From: an uncultured Spirochaetia bacterium | Lineage (GTDB): Bacteria; Spirochaetota; JAHITG01; CAZBCL01 | Assembly: GCA_964490645.1 (NCBI GenBank) | Contig: CAZBCL010000013.1 | Location: forward strand, 182-64,181 | Direction: 5' to 3' | Length of the DNA: 64,000 nucleotides | Part shown: in pieces, positions 10,277 to 20,833 of the stretch | Layout: every line of letters begins with the position of its first letter | How positions within the stretch are numbered: the stretch's first letter is position 1 | Program-made: the position numbers and the translations under genes | Notes under the pieces: generated by a model | Seen by the model: only the letters and a program-made list of their open reading frames with translations | Database searches by the model: none | What the model was told of the DNA's origin: nothing

Positions 10277-11629
10277 TCATCTGACATTCAATAAATCAGG
10301 GTGTTTCTTTAATTTATTATGCAATGTTTTTCGCGTTATCCCGAGGACACGTGCTGATTTTGACAAATTATGATTATTCTTTAATATCGTTTCACGAATG
10401 AGAATTTTTTCCATTTCTTCCAAAGTCATTCCGGCTGAAATACGTTCCGTATTAACAATTTCTTTTTCTCGCACTTGTTGCGGCAAATCTTCCGGTTGAA
10501 TAATTGTTTTTTCACTCATTAATACAATTCGCTGAATCATATTTTTCATTTCACGGACATTACCGACCCATTCATAGGTTGTTAAATAATCAATTGCTTC
10601 TTGTGAAAGAACAGTCTTTTTATTAAACTCCTTTTGATAAATATCCATAAAGTATTTTAATAAAAGCGGAATATCCTCTCGGCGTTCGCGTAATGCTGGT
10701 AATTGAATCGGAACAACATTCAAACGATAATATAAATCTTCTCGGAATGCACCTTCACGAATCATTTTTTCAAGATTTGCATTCGTTGCAGCAATAATTC
10801 GTACATCAATTTTTATCGTTGTAGAACCGCCAACACGTTCAATCTCAAATTCCTGTAAAACCCGCAACAGCTTCGCTTGAACATCCATGCGAAGATTCCC
10901 GATCTCATCAAGAAACAAAGTACCTTTATTCGAAAGTTCAAACTTGCCTATTTTCCGGCTCATCGCACCGGTGAAAGCTCCTTTTTCATGACCAAATAAT
11001 TCGTTTTCAATTAATGTTTCAGGGATTGAAGCACAATCAACCGCAATGAACGGATAATCCCGACGGTGGCTGTTATAATGAATCGCATGAGCGATAAGCT
11101 CTTTTCCGGTACCACTATTTCCGGTGATTAAAATTGTTGAATCATTATTAATAACTTTTTGAATAATCTGATATACCGATTGCATCGCTTTACTGGTGCC
11201 GATAATATCATCAAATCCGTATTTATGCTCCATTGCTTGCCGCAGACCGCGAATTTCTTCCTTGAGCGTTATTTTTTCTAATGCATTGGTCATTAAAATA
11301 CGCGCTTTTTCGATATCAAACGGTTTGATGATATAATCATAGGCGCCAAGTTTCATCGCACGAACAGCCGTTTTAATATCCTTATCTGCGGTAACAACAA
11401 TAGTCAGCACCTCTGCATTTCGGCGCTGCAATTCTTCCAGAACTTCCATCCCCCCCATACGCGGCATTTTTAAATCAAGTATTAATAAATCAACACTTTC
11501 ACTTTTCAAAATATCAAGTGCGTGTTTTCCGTCTTCCGCTTGTATAACCTTATAATCATCTTCAAATAATTCCGTAAATAATTCTCTGACATTTGATTCA
11601 TCATCAGCTATTAAGATACGCTTTTTCAT
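10277..11629 (-). CDS. Sigma-54-dependent two-component response regulator (NtrC family): REC + AAA+ sigma-54 activator + Fis-type HTH
   Basis: REC domain with phospho-acceptor context LLILDLKMP. Walker A GNSGTGKE. The sigma-54 contact motif GAFTGA is present. C-terminal HTH (SKSARVLGITRKTLHNKL). Confidence 0.85.
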   Translation of the reverse strand: MKKRILIADDESNVRELFTELFEDDYKVIQAEDGKHALDILKSESVDLLILDLKMPRMGGMEVLEELQRRNAEVLTIVVTADKDIKTAVRAMKLGAYDYIIKPFDIEKARILMTNALEKITLKEEIRGLRQAMEHKYGFDDIIGTSKAMQSVYQIIQKVINNDSTILITGNSGTGKELIAHAIHYNSHRRDYPFIAVDCASIPETLIENELFGHEKGAFTGAMSRKIGKFELSNKGTLFLDEIGNLRMDVQAKLLRVLQEFEIERVGGSTTIKIDVRIIAATNANLEKMIREGAFREDLYYRLNVVPIQLPALRERREDIPLLLKYFMDIYQKEFNKKTVLSQEAIDYLTTYEWVGNVREMKNMIQRIVLMSEKTIIQPEDLPQQVREKEIVNTERISAGMTLEEMEKILIRETILKNNHNLSKSARVLGITRKTLHNKLKKHPDLLNVR

Positions 11630-13254
11630 ACTTTAAGCTCCTCTGATTTTTTTACTGTCGGTATTGAGATCGCAAATTTCGTTCCTTTTCCAATTTTACT
11701 TTCAACTTCAAGTAAGCCGTTATGCTCCTGAATGATACGATGAGTGATAGATAATCCCAACCCCGTACCGGTATCTTTTGTTGTGAAAAACGGATTAAAT
11801 AATTTTCGAATATTTTCATCAGGTATTCCGATTCCGGAATCCTCAAGAGTAATCATCGCATATTCTACATAAATATTTTCAATTGTTTTACGAATTATCA
11901 TGTTTGATCGTATCATTAATTTACCGCCATCAGGCATAGCTTGAATTGCATTCAGTATTAAATTAATAAATACTTGTTCAAGTGAACGGCTGTCCCCCAT
12001 AACTAACGGCATATCCATCAGCCGTGAAGTAACATGGACATTTGATTTATTAATCTGATAATTCATTAAACTTAAAGTTGATTTTACAACCTCATTGAGA
12101 TCACAAAGTTCTCGCCCGGTTGCTTGCGGGCGGGCAAAACTCAATAATCGTTCAACAATACCATTTAATCGATCAACTTCTTTGGTCATAAGATTAATAT
12201 ACTTTTCACGGAATTCTGGGTTATCAATTTTTAAGGGCAATAATTGTGTGAAACCGCGGATACTGGTTAATGGATTTTTAATCTCATGAGCAAGACCGGC
12301 GGAAAGCTCCCCTAATGCTGCCAGCTGATCGGAACGGCGAATTTGATGTTCTAATAATTTTTTTTCGGTAAAATCATCAATGACAATAACTGCACCGATT
12401 ATATTATTGCCAATATCATTGAGTATTGAAATTGAAACAGCAACAATTATGGTTTCCTTCGTATTGCGTTCAAGAGTTAATTCATAATTGAGTATATTTT
12501 CTCCGGATTTAATAAACTCATTTAACTTAAAACGTTTATCTTTGCTCGTCTTAAAAAGAACATCTACGTTTTGTCCGAAAACATTCTCTGCGGTGATACC
12601 CAGAATAAACTCTGCACTATTATTTATCGTTTTAATAATTCCATTTAAATCAGTTGTAATCACACCACTTGATATTGAATTAATAATGCTTTCGTTATAA
12701 TTTTTCATTTCAAGAATTTCTTCATATAACTGTGCATTTTCTATCGCTGATGAAATATGAGAACAAATACTTTCAAACAATTTTTTATCTGAATTATCAA
12801 ATACTTTGACGGGTGCGTTTTCTGTTTTATTTGCTAATATGATAACACCAATATTATTGTTTTTAGTTTTTATCGGTGCTGCAATGGTTGCGTTTATCGT
12901 ATGTGAGTTTTCATCGCCGATAATAAAGTTTTCATCAGTATCCAGATCATCAACGACAAGCGGATTATTGAGACTATTAATATGTTTTAAAAATGGCGTA
13001 CCATCCTTATAGCTGATATATTTAATAACCTCATAATTTAATCCCCATGTTACACGGGGGATATATTTTTGTGTTACTTCATCACGTAATAGAATAATCC
13101 CGACTTCGCATTTTAATATATCAGTCGTCATATTCATAATAAGATTTAAAAGCTGATTGAGATTTAAAGTTGCACTAATAGCCGTTTCAAGATCATATAA
13201 TGATTGTAATTCAATAAAACTCCGCTTTAATTTTTTTTCATCATTTTCTGACAT
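11626..13254 (-). CDS. Cytoplasmic sensor histidine kinase (GAF + PAS + HisKA + HATPase_c)
   Basis: No TM segments. His box LAHEIKNPLTSIRGF. G-box GTGLGLSI. Its stop overlaps the start of the downstream response regulator (ATGA). Confidence 0.8.
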   Translation of the reverse strand: MSENDEKKLKRSFIELQSLYDLETAISATLNLNQLLNLIMNMTTDILKCEVGIILLRDEVTQKYIPRVTWGLNYEVIKYISYKDGTPFLKHINSLNNPLVVDDLDTDENFIIGDENSHTINATIAAPIKTKNNNIGVIILANKTENAPVKVFDNSDKKLFESICSHISSAIENAQLYEEILEMKNYNESIINSISSGVITTDLNGIIKTINNSAEFILGITAENVFGQNVDVLFKTSKDKRFKLNEFIKSGENILNYELTLERNTKETIIVAVSISILNDIGNNIIGAVIVIDDFTEKKLLEHQIRRSDQLAALGELSAGLAHEIKNPLTSIRGFTQLLPLKIDNPEFREKYINLMTKEVDRLNGIVERLLSFARPQATGRELCDLNEVVKSTLSLMNYQINKSNVHVTSRLMDMPLVMGDSRSLEQVFINLILNAIQAMPDGGKLMIRSNMIIRKTIENIYVEYAMITLEDSGIGIPDENIRKLFNPFFTTKDTGTGLGLSITHRIIQEHNGLLEVESKIGKGTKFAISIPTVKKSEELKV

Positions 13255-13636
13255 AATTCTTCCTTACATCAAATATTTGTCGGGCATCACCCCACAAGCG
13301 TTCAAGGTCATAATAGCGCCGTTTTTCCGGTTCAAATAAATGGATAATAACACTGCGATAATCCAGCAATATCCACCCGCTGTCAAAATTTGCCGGCTTT
13401 CGTATCGGTGATTTCAGCATATCAAGCGGATGGTGCACGGTTGTTTCTGCAACAATACGAGATAATGCCTGTATATGTGTCGTTGACTTCCCGCTCGCAA
13501 TAATAAAATAATCTGCTATGGTTGAGATATTTCTTAAATCCAATACCATAACATCATCAGCTTTACGCTCTGATAACGCGTTGGCAATCATCAGCGTTGT
13601 TTCTTTTATGGTCGATATCGTTTTCGTTGGTGTCAT
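13241..13636 (-). CDS. rsfS: Ribosome silencing factor RsfS (Iojap family)
   Basis: 131 aa with the characteristic DYFIIASG..HIQAL...DYR.VIIHLF pattern. Sits immediately after nadD and the LCP gene, as rsfS often does. Confidence 0.75.
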   Translation of the reverse strand: MTPTKTISTIKETTLMIANALSERKADDVMVLDLRNISTIADYFIIASGKSTTHIQALSRIVAETTVHHPLDMLKSPIRKPANFDSGWILLDYRSVIIHLFEPEKRRYYDLERLWGDARQIFDVRKNYVRK

Positions 13637-13647
13637 ACTGTATAGTC

Positions 13648-14892
13648 CTATTTTAAATTTAAATAATTTTTCCCGACAATAACTTTAACATCAGTAGTAA
13701 CCGTCTTATCAATTTTGGTATATACATCATTACAATGCAAATATTTTGCAACCAGCTCTGCTGCTTCAATATTCCCGCTTTGATTAAGAACAACGGTTCT
13801 TTCATAATCGTTTCGTGCAGCATTGCCAAATTCAAGTACATTAAATCCGTTTCGCACTAATCGTTCACGAACTCGAGTTGCAGCACCGGAAATTCCGCTG
13901 CCGTTTTCAACTCGAATATCAATCGTATCTTTTGTTACATCAGGCATAAGCTGATTTAGTTCCTGAACATACCGATCAATCGCGGCACGAACAGCATCCG
14001 GATTAATCTCTAAATATGATGAGAGTGAACTCAGTTGACAGGGGATTTTTCGTAAGAGGATATGATTATAATCGAAATCATGCCGCAATTTAAATATCTG
14101 TTTAATCTCTCTGAAATCAAAATTAACACGAACATATTTCATCAACATTTTCAATTTTATTGCAGGTTTTTCTTTGAAAAAACTATTATTAATCATTGTT
14201 TTATTAAAAAGCGACAATATAATTTCTTTTTGACGCTCCATTCGACCAATGTCTCCATGCCCATCAGCACGGTAACGAACATAATGCAAAGCTTTCCTGC
14301 CGTCTAAATGATTAATCCCCCGAGGAATATCAATAGCAAGGTTTGCTGCATGATCATGATAGGTATAATGCGCATCTGCATAGACATCAACGCCACCGAC
14401 CATATCAACAAGATATTCAAACCCTTTTAAATTGATAATTACATAATAAGGAATTTCAAGACCAGTCAATTCTTCAGCATATCGTCGAAGTGCATTAATC
14501 CCACGGGATGCATACAATGCATTGAGTTTCATATAGCCTAATTCATCTTCAATACGAATATCACGTGGTAATGAAACCAATGCCATACGTTTTACTGTCG
14601 GATTATATATTGCCAGTACCATAGTATCAGTACGACTTCGCTTATACGTTATATCATCAACACCAACAATCAGGCAGGTTATTAATTTCCCGCGTTTGAT
14701 TAATGAACTTATTCGTGAATGCGAAATATAAGTAATATGACTTACTTCAAGTAATATTAATAATACTGATAATATAACTATTGAAATTATAATAATTACT
14801 GTCGGGGAGAAACGTATATCATGTGAACGTTTTTTCTTTGTAGTATTACTTTGTTTATAATAATCTTTAGTTGGTGTTGTTTGTTTAAGCAT
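13648..14892 (-). CDS. LytR-CpsA-Psr (LCP) family cell-envelope phosphotransferase
   Basis: N-terminal TM anchor, an LCP catalytic domain (LIVGVDD...RSDTMVLA...SLPRD) and a C-terminal LytR_C-like domain. Confidence 0.75.
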   Translation of the reverse strand: MLKQTTPTKDYYKQSNTTKKKRSHDIRFSPTVIIIISIVILSVLLILLEVSHITYISHSRISSLIKRGKLITCLIVGVDDITYKRSRTDTMVLAIYNPTVKRMALVSLPRDIRIEDELGYMKLNALYASRGINALRRYAEELTGLEIPYYVIINLKGFEYLVDMVGGVDVYADAHYTYHDHAANLAIDIPRGINHLDGRKALHYVRYRADGHGDIGRMERQKEIILSLFNKTMINNSFFKEKPAIKLKMLMKYVRVNFDFREIKQIFKLRHDFDYNHILLRKIPCQLSSLSSYLEINPDAVRAAIDRYVQELNQLMPDVTKDTIDIRVENGSGISGAATRVRERLVRNGFNVLEFGNAARNDYERTVVLNQSGNIEAAELVAKYLHCNDVYTKIDKTVTTDVKVIVGKNYLNLK

Positions 14893-14975
14893 TTATCATT
14901 CCACATGAATAAAAAGTATACAATTATTTTAATTTATACACAATTATGTGAAACAATGCAAGTGTTATGTAATAA

Positions 14976-15584
14976 TTACCCGTATATTTTGTTTACTTTT
15001 ATGTAATTTGCAACCATTGGATTGACATATTCATTAATAGACTTATTATTTGCAATTGCATGACGTATTTTTGTAGATGATACGTCTATCATTGGACTTT
15101 TTGAATATAATATCACGTCATCATCAATAAATTTTGAGATATTTTTTATCCCACTTTTCCGTTCTATAACCATTAATGAAGTAAGATTTAATATAGTGCG
15201 GTAATCTTTCCATTGAGTAAAACTTTCAATAAGATCATTACCTATGATAAAAAATACATTACTTCTTTTTAATGCATATTTGTGAACAAACATTTTCACG
15301 GTATCAGCAGTATACGATACTCTTTTTAATTGCCCTTCATAATCTGAAACGGTTATATTTTGTAATTTTTCAACTGCTAAATTCAACATATTAAAGCGAT
15401 CATTGAATGAGGTTATTGTTTGATCCTGTTTATGCGGTGCGATATACACCGGTATAAAAATAACTTCTGATAGATTATATTCGTTTAATATATACTGAGC
15501 GCAGTATATATGCCCATTATGAACAGGATCGAAACTACCGCCGAATAGCCCTATCCGTTTATGTTCTAATTTGTCCGTTACCAT
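14976..15584 (-). CDS. nadD: Nicotinate-nucleotide adenylyltransferase
   Basis: 202 aa with GGSFDPVHNGH (the (H/T)xGH nucleotidyltransferase motif). nadD-rsfS adjacency supports the call. Confidence 0.8.
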   Translation of the reverse strand: MVTDKLEHKRIGLFGGSFDPVHNGHIYCAQYILNEYNLSEVIFIPVYIAPHKQDQTITSFNDRFNMLNLAVEKLQNITVSDYEGQLKRVSYTADTVKMFVHKYALKRSNVFFIIGNDLIESFTQWKDYRTILNLTSLMVIERKSGIKNISKFIDDDVILYSKSPMIDVSSTKIRHAIANNKSINEYVNPMVANYIKVNKIYG

Positions 15585-16806
15585 AAATTGTATACTTTAA
15601 ACAGGTTAAATCTTTAATTCCCATCGGACCGCGACAATGCAATTTTTGCGTACTGATACCAACTTCTGCGCCAAGACCAAACTCACCGCCATCGGTAAAC
15701 CGTGTTGATGCATTCACATATACTGCGGCAGAATCAACTTCTTTAAGATACTGGCGTGCTGCTGCATAGTTTTGCGTACAAATCGCATCAGAATGATGTG
15801 ATCCGTAGGTATTCGTAAACTGTATTGCTTCTTGCAATGAATTAACCGTTTTTACTGCAATAATGAGGTCAAGATACTCCATCGTCCAATCTTCATCAAC
15901 TGCTGCTTTCATTGGATATTTTTGTTGAGCCGCTGAATCACCACGCAATTCTACCCCTGCTGTTTGCAGTGCTTTGAAAAGGGATACTGCTTCAGGATAA
16001 TCTTTATGTATCAATACATTCTCGATGGCATTACAAACACCCGGTCTTTGGCATTTGGCATTAATAACAAGAGCCTCAGCCATATGCGGTTCTGCATCAT
16101 AATGAATATATATTGAACAGACTCCTTTGTCATGTTTTACCACCGGTATTGTTGAGCTTTCTGTAACCGTTTTAATAAGACCATGTCCGCCGCGCGGTAT
16201 AATAATATCAATAAAAGCATCAAGCTTCAGCATATCATACACTGCTTGTCTGTCTGTAATTGCAATGAAAGATATAATTTCTTCCGGAAAATCATGTTCT
16301 GTACAAGCACTATGAAGAACATCAACAATAACCGTATTTGAATAAATAGCTTCAGATCCGCCGCGTAAAATACATACATTTCCTGACTTAATACATAATC
16401 CTGCAATATCACTGGTAACATTCGGTCGTGATTCGTATATACAACCGACAACACCAATCGGCACCCGCATTTGGGCAATTTCAATGCCGTTTGGTCGCCG
16501 CCATGCATGTTCAATTTCACCGATAGGATCATTCATTAATGCAATTTCTTCTAATGCCGCCGCCATATTTTCAATCCGATTATCAGTAAGGGCTAAACGA
16601 TCCAGCATTGCATCAGATAACCCCCGTTTTTTCCCGTTTTCTAAATCTTTCGTGTTTTCTTTTTGTATACGTTGTGTATTATTACGAAGTGCTGCTGCCA
16701 TACTCCGTAAAAGAGCATTTTTTTGAGTATCACCGGCATTCATAATTGCCGGCATTACTGAACGTGCACAACGCGCTATTTCAGTTACTGATACATCAGT
16801 CTTCAT
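15559..16806 (-). CDS. proA: Gamma-glutamyl phosphate reductase
   Basis: 415 aa in the aldehyde dehydrogenase superfamily with typical ProA length. Directly downstream of proB. Confidence 0.85.
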   Translation of the reverse strand: MKTDVSVTEIARCARSVMPAIMNAGDTQKNALLRSMAAALRNNTQRIQKENTKDLENGKKRGLSDAMLDRLALTDNRIENMAAALEEIALMNDPIGEIEHAWRRPNGIEIAQMRVPIGVVGCIYESRPNVTSDIAGLCIKSGNVCILRGGSEAIYSNTVIVDVLHSACTEHDFPEEIISFIAITDRQAVYDMLKLDAFIDIIIPRGGHGLIKTVTESSTIPVVKHDKGVCSIYIHYDAEPHMAEALVINAKCQRPGVCNAIENVLIHKDYPEAVSLFKALQTAGVELRGDSAAQQKYPMKAAVDEDWTMEYLDLIIAVKTVNSLQEAIQFTNTYGSHHSDAICTQNYAAARQYLKEVDSAAVYVNASTRFTDGGEFGLGAEVGISTQKLHCRGPMGIKDLTCLKYTIYGNGQIRT

Positions 16807-17937
16807 TTACACACCTTCCTTGAAAATGATAATATTATCACGTAGTATTATTTCATCATCCCTTTTATAACCCAATATATGTTCAATATCGAATGTTTTT
16901 TTTCCGCGAAGACGTTCAATCTCAGCACTGGAATAATTCACTAATCCCCGCCCAATACGAACACCCTCCTGATTGGTAATATCAACAACCATACCGGTTT
17001 CAAAACTTCCTTCAATGCTGATAATACCGCTCGGTAAAAGACTTTTCTTTTTCTGACATAATGCCGTTACTGCTCCGGCATCAATGATAATTTTCCCTTT
17101 ACTTTTCGCCCCTGCTTTTAACCATCGCTTACGACATGAAAGTGATTCATCAGATGGATGTATATACGTGCCAAGCACTTCACCGGATAGTATCCGCTGA
17201 ATAACATTCGGCGTATTACTATTTGCAATGACTGTAATCGTCCCATGCTCGGCAAGCTGTTTCGCTGCTGCAATCTTTGACATCATCCCGCCGCGGCTCA
17301 TTGAACTGCCGGTTGAGCCGGCAGCCTGCTCAACCTCATCAGTGATATGATGTAATTCATACTGCAATTCCCCATTCATGTAAAACCCATCAATATCTGT
17401 TAATACAATTAATATATCTGCTTGAATCATATCAGCAACAAGTGCCGCGAGAGTATCATTATCACCGAAAAGTATTTCTGTAATACCGACCGTATCATTT
17501 TCATTCACAATCGGGATTGTTCCGTAATCAAATAAACGACATAACGTATTTCGGATATTTAAATAATGCTCACGATTTTCAAAATCATTCTCAGTTAATA
17601 ATATTTGACCGACCGGTATGGTATATCGACGAAAGGAACTTGCATAATAATGCATGAGCAATGATTGACCGATAGAAGCAGCTGCTTGCTTTTCAGATAT
17701 TTTAGTAGGGTATCCCGTTTTTTTTATTCGATGCATTGACTGCAATTCACCAATGCCTGATGAAACAGCGCCTGATGAAACTAATACCAAATGAATATCT
17801 TCTCTCATCAATACTGCTATACTATGCACTAATCGGTTTATCTTACGCTTATTTAATCGCCCGTTATGGGTCAGAGAACTTGAACCGATTTTTATCACAA
17901 TCCGTTTAACATTTTTTAACTGTTCTGTTCGTTCCAT
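16807..17937 (-). CDS. proB: Glutamate 5-kinase (with C-terminal PUA domain)
   Basis: 376 aa with an amino-acid kinase fold (VIKIGSS..L). Part of an obg-proB-proA run. Confidence 0.85.
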   Translation of the reverse strand: MERTEQLKNVKRIVIKIGSSSLTHNGRLNKRKINRLVHSIAVLMREDIHLVLVSSGAVSSGIGELQSMHRIKKTGYPTKISEKQAAASIGQSLLMHYYASSFRRYTIPVGQILLTENDFENREHYLNIRNTLCRLFDYGTIPIVNENDTVGITEILFGDNDTLAALVADMIQADILIVLTDIDGFYMNGELQYELHHITDEVEQAAGSTGSSMSRGGMMSKIAAAKQLAEHGTITVIANSNTPNVIQRILSGEVLGTYIHPSDESLSCRKRWLKAGAKSKGKIIIDAGAVTALCQKKKSLLPSGIISIEGSFETGMVVDITNQEGVRIGRGLVNYSSAEIERLRGKKTFDIEHILGYKRDDEIILRDNIIIFKEGV

Positions 17938-18938
17938 GATGAATCCATTGACACTATGCTTAATATACGTTTTTTTAATTCTTCCAACCCTTCACCCGAA
18001 TGTGATGATAGCGGAAGTATATCTTGGTTTGTGTGCGTATGATACTTTTTTATATTTTCACGTGCATTATCAATATCAATTTTCGATCCGACAATAATTG
18101 AGGGTATTTGCGTTAATGCACGGTCATATTGCTGTAATTCATTCATCAGCATAGTATACTGCATAATACAGTCATCATCGCTCATATCAATAACAAATAC
18201 AACAACATGAGTTCTTTTTATATGCCGTAAAAATGATAATCCCAGCCCTGCACCAATATGTGCATTCTCAATTAAACCGGGAATATCCGCAATTGTAAAC
18301 CTCTTCTCAATACCGTATTCATCCTCAACACGAGCGACACCAAGATTCGGGGAAATAGTTGTAAACGGATAACTGTCAATTTTCGGTCGCGCTGCAGTCA
18401 ATGCCGCAAGCAACGTTGATTTACCGGCATTCGGTAATCCGACTAAACCGACATCTGCAATAAGTAATAATTCTATTTTTATTGTTTTCGTTTCGCCCGG
18501 CCATCCGGTACCATGTTTTCTTGGCGAACGATTCGTTGCCGTCTTAAAATGACTATTCCCTTTTCCGCCGTCTCCCCCCTTCGCAATAATGCATTCTGTT
18601 ACTTTTTGTGATAAATCTGCTATAATTTCATTTGTATCAATATTAATAATACGGCAACCGCGCGGCACATCAATATAAAGCGTATCTGCATTCTTGCCGT
18701 GTTTACGTAATTTCATGCCTGAGTCACCATTAAGTGCTTTAAAATGACGACGTCGATAAAGATGGAATAATGTAGATAGTTGAGGATTGACTCTAATAAC
18801 AACATCACCGCCGCGACCGCCATCGCCGCCATCAGGGGGGCCGACAGGTTTGAATCGCTCACGATGAAACGAAGCCAATCCCGAGCCGCCTTTTCCGGAT
18901 TGAACTGTTATTGTTATTTCATCAATAAATGTGTCCAC
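17916..18938 (-). CDS. obg: GTPase Obg/CgtA
   Basis: Glycine-rich Obg fold (GGDGGRGGDV) followed by G-domain motifs GLPNAGKST, DIPG and SKID. Confidence 0.85.
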   Translation of the reverse strand: MDTFIDEITITVQSGKGGSGLASFHRERFKPVGPPDGGDGGRGGDVVIRVNPQLSTLFHLYRRRHFKALNGDSGMKLRKHGKNADTLYIDVPRGCRIINIDTNEIIADLSQKVTECIIAKGGDGGKGNSHFKTATNRSPRKHGTGWPGETKTIKIELLLIADVGLVGLPNAGKSTLLAALTAARPKIDSYPFTTISPNLGVARVEDEYGIEKRFTIADIPGLIENAHIGAGLGLSFLRHIKRTHVVVFVIDMSDDDCIMQYTMLMNELQQYDRALTQIPSIIVGSKIDIDNARENIKKYHTHTNQDILPLSSHSGEGLEELKKRILSIVSMDSSWNEQNS

Positions 18939-18945
18939 TGCGGAC

Positions 18946-19194
18946 TTACGCTATGGTGATATATTTCCGTTTACTGCCCTTATTATAAAAGACAACTTTA
19001 CCGTCTTTTTTTGCAAACAATGTATCGTCTTTACCACGTCCGACATTCGGACCGGGAAAAAATTTTGTTCCCTTTTGACGAACGATAATTGTTCCGGCAG
19101 TAACCGGTTGACCGCTTGAGGCTTTTATACCAAGACGTTTGGAATTACTATCGCGACCGTTACGGCTCGCACCTTGTCCTTTTTTATGAGCCAT
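18946..19194 (-). CDS. rpmA: 50S ribosomal protein L27 (mature-type N-terminus, no propeptide)
   Basis: [24 protein letters not shown]... Start is preceded by GGAGGG. An in-frame TAA lies 3 codons upstream, so no N-terminal extension is possible. Confidence 0.9.
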   Translation of the reverse strand: MAHKKGQGASRNGRDSNSKRLGIKASSGQPVTAGTIIVRQKGTKFFPGPNVGRGKDDTLFAKKDGKVVFYNKGSKRKYITIA

Positions 19195-19206
19195 AATAAC
19201 CCTCCG

Positions 19207-19593
19207 TTACGTATCAATAATTTCTATCCGTATTCGTTTCGGATATTCACGCGCTATTTCTTGTATACCAAGAATGAGTGACTCCATTAAGAGTGCTGTT
19301 TTCTCATTATGACCACGGATAACTGAACAGCGCAACAATCCGGTTTCTTCAGATTGAACGTCAATTACCGTATCAGTTAATGCAATCAAAGAACGCGTCG
19401 TATTTAAAAGCAATGCCGATATTCCTGCACAAACTATATTGCCATATTCTGATTGTGCAGCATATTCTTTATCTTTTTTGTGAAACAACTGCCATAACCG
19501 CATTTTCGGTTTACGCCGACCGGCATGCCCGACAGCACTAAACCCAATAATACAATTATTCTTTTTATAAAAACATACCTGCACTTCAGGCAT
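19207..19593 (-). CDS. prp: Prp-family cysteine protease homolog (ribosomal-processing protease, DUF464)
   Basis: 128 aa. GFSAVGHAG and NIVCAGISAL are the conserved His and Cys blocks of Prp/YsxB. The C-terminus (GIQEIAREYPKRIRIEI) also matches. Encoded in the canonical rplU-prp-rpmA position. Confidence 0.7.
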   Translation of the reverse strand: MPEVQVCFYKKNNCIIGFSAVGHAGRRKPKMRLWQLFHKKDKEYAAQSEYGNIVCAGISALLLNTTRSLIALTDTVIDVQSEETGLLRCSVIRGHNEKTALLMESLILGIQEIAREYPKRIRIEIIDT

Positions 19594-19611
19594 ATCATCG
19601 TACTGACAGTT

Positions 19612-19938
19612 TTACGAAGCGACTTTAATGGTATTAATCTGCAATAGTGTATAACGCTGCCGGTGACCGATTGTCCGTCGATATTTCTTCCGGCGTTTGT
19701 ATTTCATAAAACGAAGTTTCTTTGCTTTCGTTTCACCTAATACTTTTGCATCAACACTCGCCCCATTAATCGTAGGTTGACCGACTTTGATGTCATCTTT
19801 ATCATTTGTAATTAAGAGCACGTTTGAAAAAGTAAACGTATCGCCTTCTTTTAAACCAAGTTCTTCAAGGAGTACTTTCTCTCCTTGTTTGACGATATAC
19901 TGTTCGCCATTGTGCTCGACAACCGCTTCCATTGTCAT
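19612..19938 (-). CDS. rplU: 50S ribosomal protein L21
   Basis: 108 aa. Aligns with L21 (E. coli MYAVFQSGGKQ...) from the opening EHNGEQYIVKQGE through a basic C-terminal tail. RBS AGGAGAAATG. First gene of an rplU-prp-rpmA-obg string. Confidence 0.85.
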   Translation of the reverse strand: MTMEAVVEHNGEQYIVKQGEKVLLEELGLKEGDTFTFSNVLLITNDKDDIKVGQPTINGASVDAKVLGETKAKKLRFMKYKRRKKYRRTIGHRQRYTLLQINTIKVAS

Positions 19939-19981
19939 TTCTCCTTACCTATGTATTCAAAAAATTAAAGTAAAGACTGAA

Positions 19982-20009
19982 ACTATACTATTTGATAATC
20001 ACTGTCAAG
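19982..20009 (-). promoter_or_regulatory. Candidate sigma-70 promoter for the rplU operon (minus strand): TTGACA, 16-nt spacer, TATAGT
   Basis: The reverse complement of 20004-20009 is TTGACA and of 19982-19987 is TATAGT, about 40 nt upstream of the rplU ATG. Confidence 0.35.
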
Positions 20010-20068
20010 GAATGTATCAGCATAATTAACCGAAAATATTGTATTCCGAAATCAGACTTCGTGTGTTA

Positions 20069-20833
20069 TCACCAGCCGTCCGGAATATCCTGCCCGTCAA
20101 ACCACGGCAGAAAAGTATCGGTTTTCATTTCTAATTGATCAAAATAGACATAAAATGAATGTGCTAATTCCCCGCCTCTATTAGTAACCGCAATCCCTTC
20201 AATCCAGAGTATTTTCCGTTCGGGGTATGGCAACCAATTTTGCGGAATTGTTGGCGGAATTGGAATTTTACATAATCGCCATCCGATAAAATCAGTCTTC
20301 GTAACCGGAATAACCTGTAGTGTTCCGGTATAATCACGTATCCAAATATCAACTTGATAATTATCACCGCGTCCTAATACCCACATTCGCAAATAGGATA
20401 CATGACCAATAAGCGGATACGGTTTTTTCGGTTCTATCAATACTGTCATTTTTGCATCAATCGGATAATTAATACGAGCCCCAAGACTGTAATTCTGATA
20501 TGGTGTTCCTTTCCCATACCGATTAGAAACATTCTCTTTCTGCCGCTGATATAAAAATGTTTCACCATGAAGATTGAAACTCGCTCCTGACTTTACGCGA
20601 CGAAGCATAACCGTATAATCCATTAAACCAATACCGGGAGTGGGGTCAAGCTTTGTATGAGCATTTGACACCGTCTCAAGATCATCACTGAAAAGTGTCC
20701 AATTTGAACACAGCTCAAAATCATCAAGTGTTTTCCATTGATTATAATCCTGCGGAGTACGAAACAAACCTGTTTGTCCATATGCAGTAAACGCACATAA
20801 CAGTATCACTACTATAAAACTATAACGTATCAC
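20069..20833 (-). CDS. Secreted hypothetical protein (signal peptide, no recognised domain)
   Basis: Most likely start is GTG (complement of 20831-20833) preceded by GGAGGA. The ORF track's TTG at 20848 is an alternative. Signal peptide IRYSFIVVILLCAFTAYGQ. Confidence 0.5.
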   Translation of the reverse strand: MIRYSFIVVILLCAFTAYGQTGLFRTPQDYNQWKTLDDFELCSNWTLFSDDLETVSNAHTKLDPTPGIGLMDYTVMLRRVKSGASFNLHGETFLYQRQKENVSNRYGKGTPYQNYSLGARINYPIDAKMTVLIEPKKPYPLIGHVSYLRMWVLGRGDNYQVDIWIRDYTGTLQVIPVTKTDFIGWRLCKIPIPPTIPQNWLPYPERKILWIEGIAVTNRGGELAHSFYVYFDQLEMKTDTFLPWFDGQDIPDGW

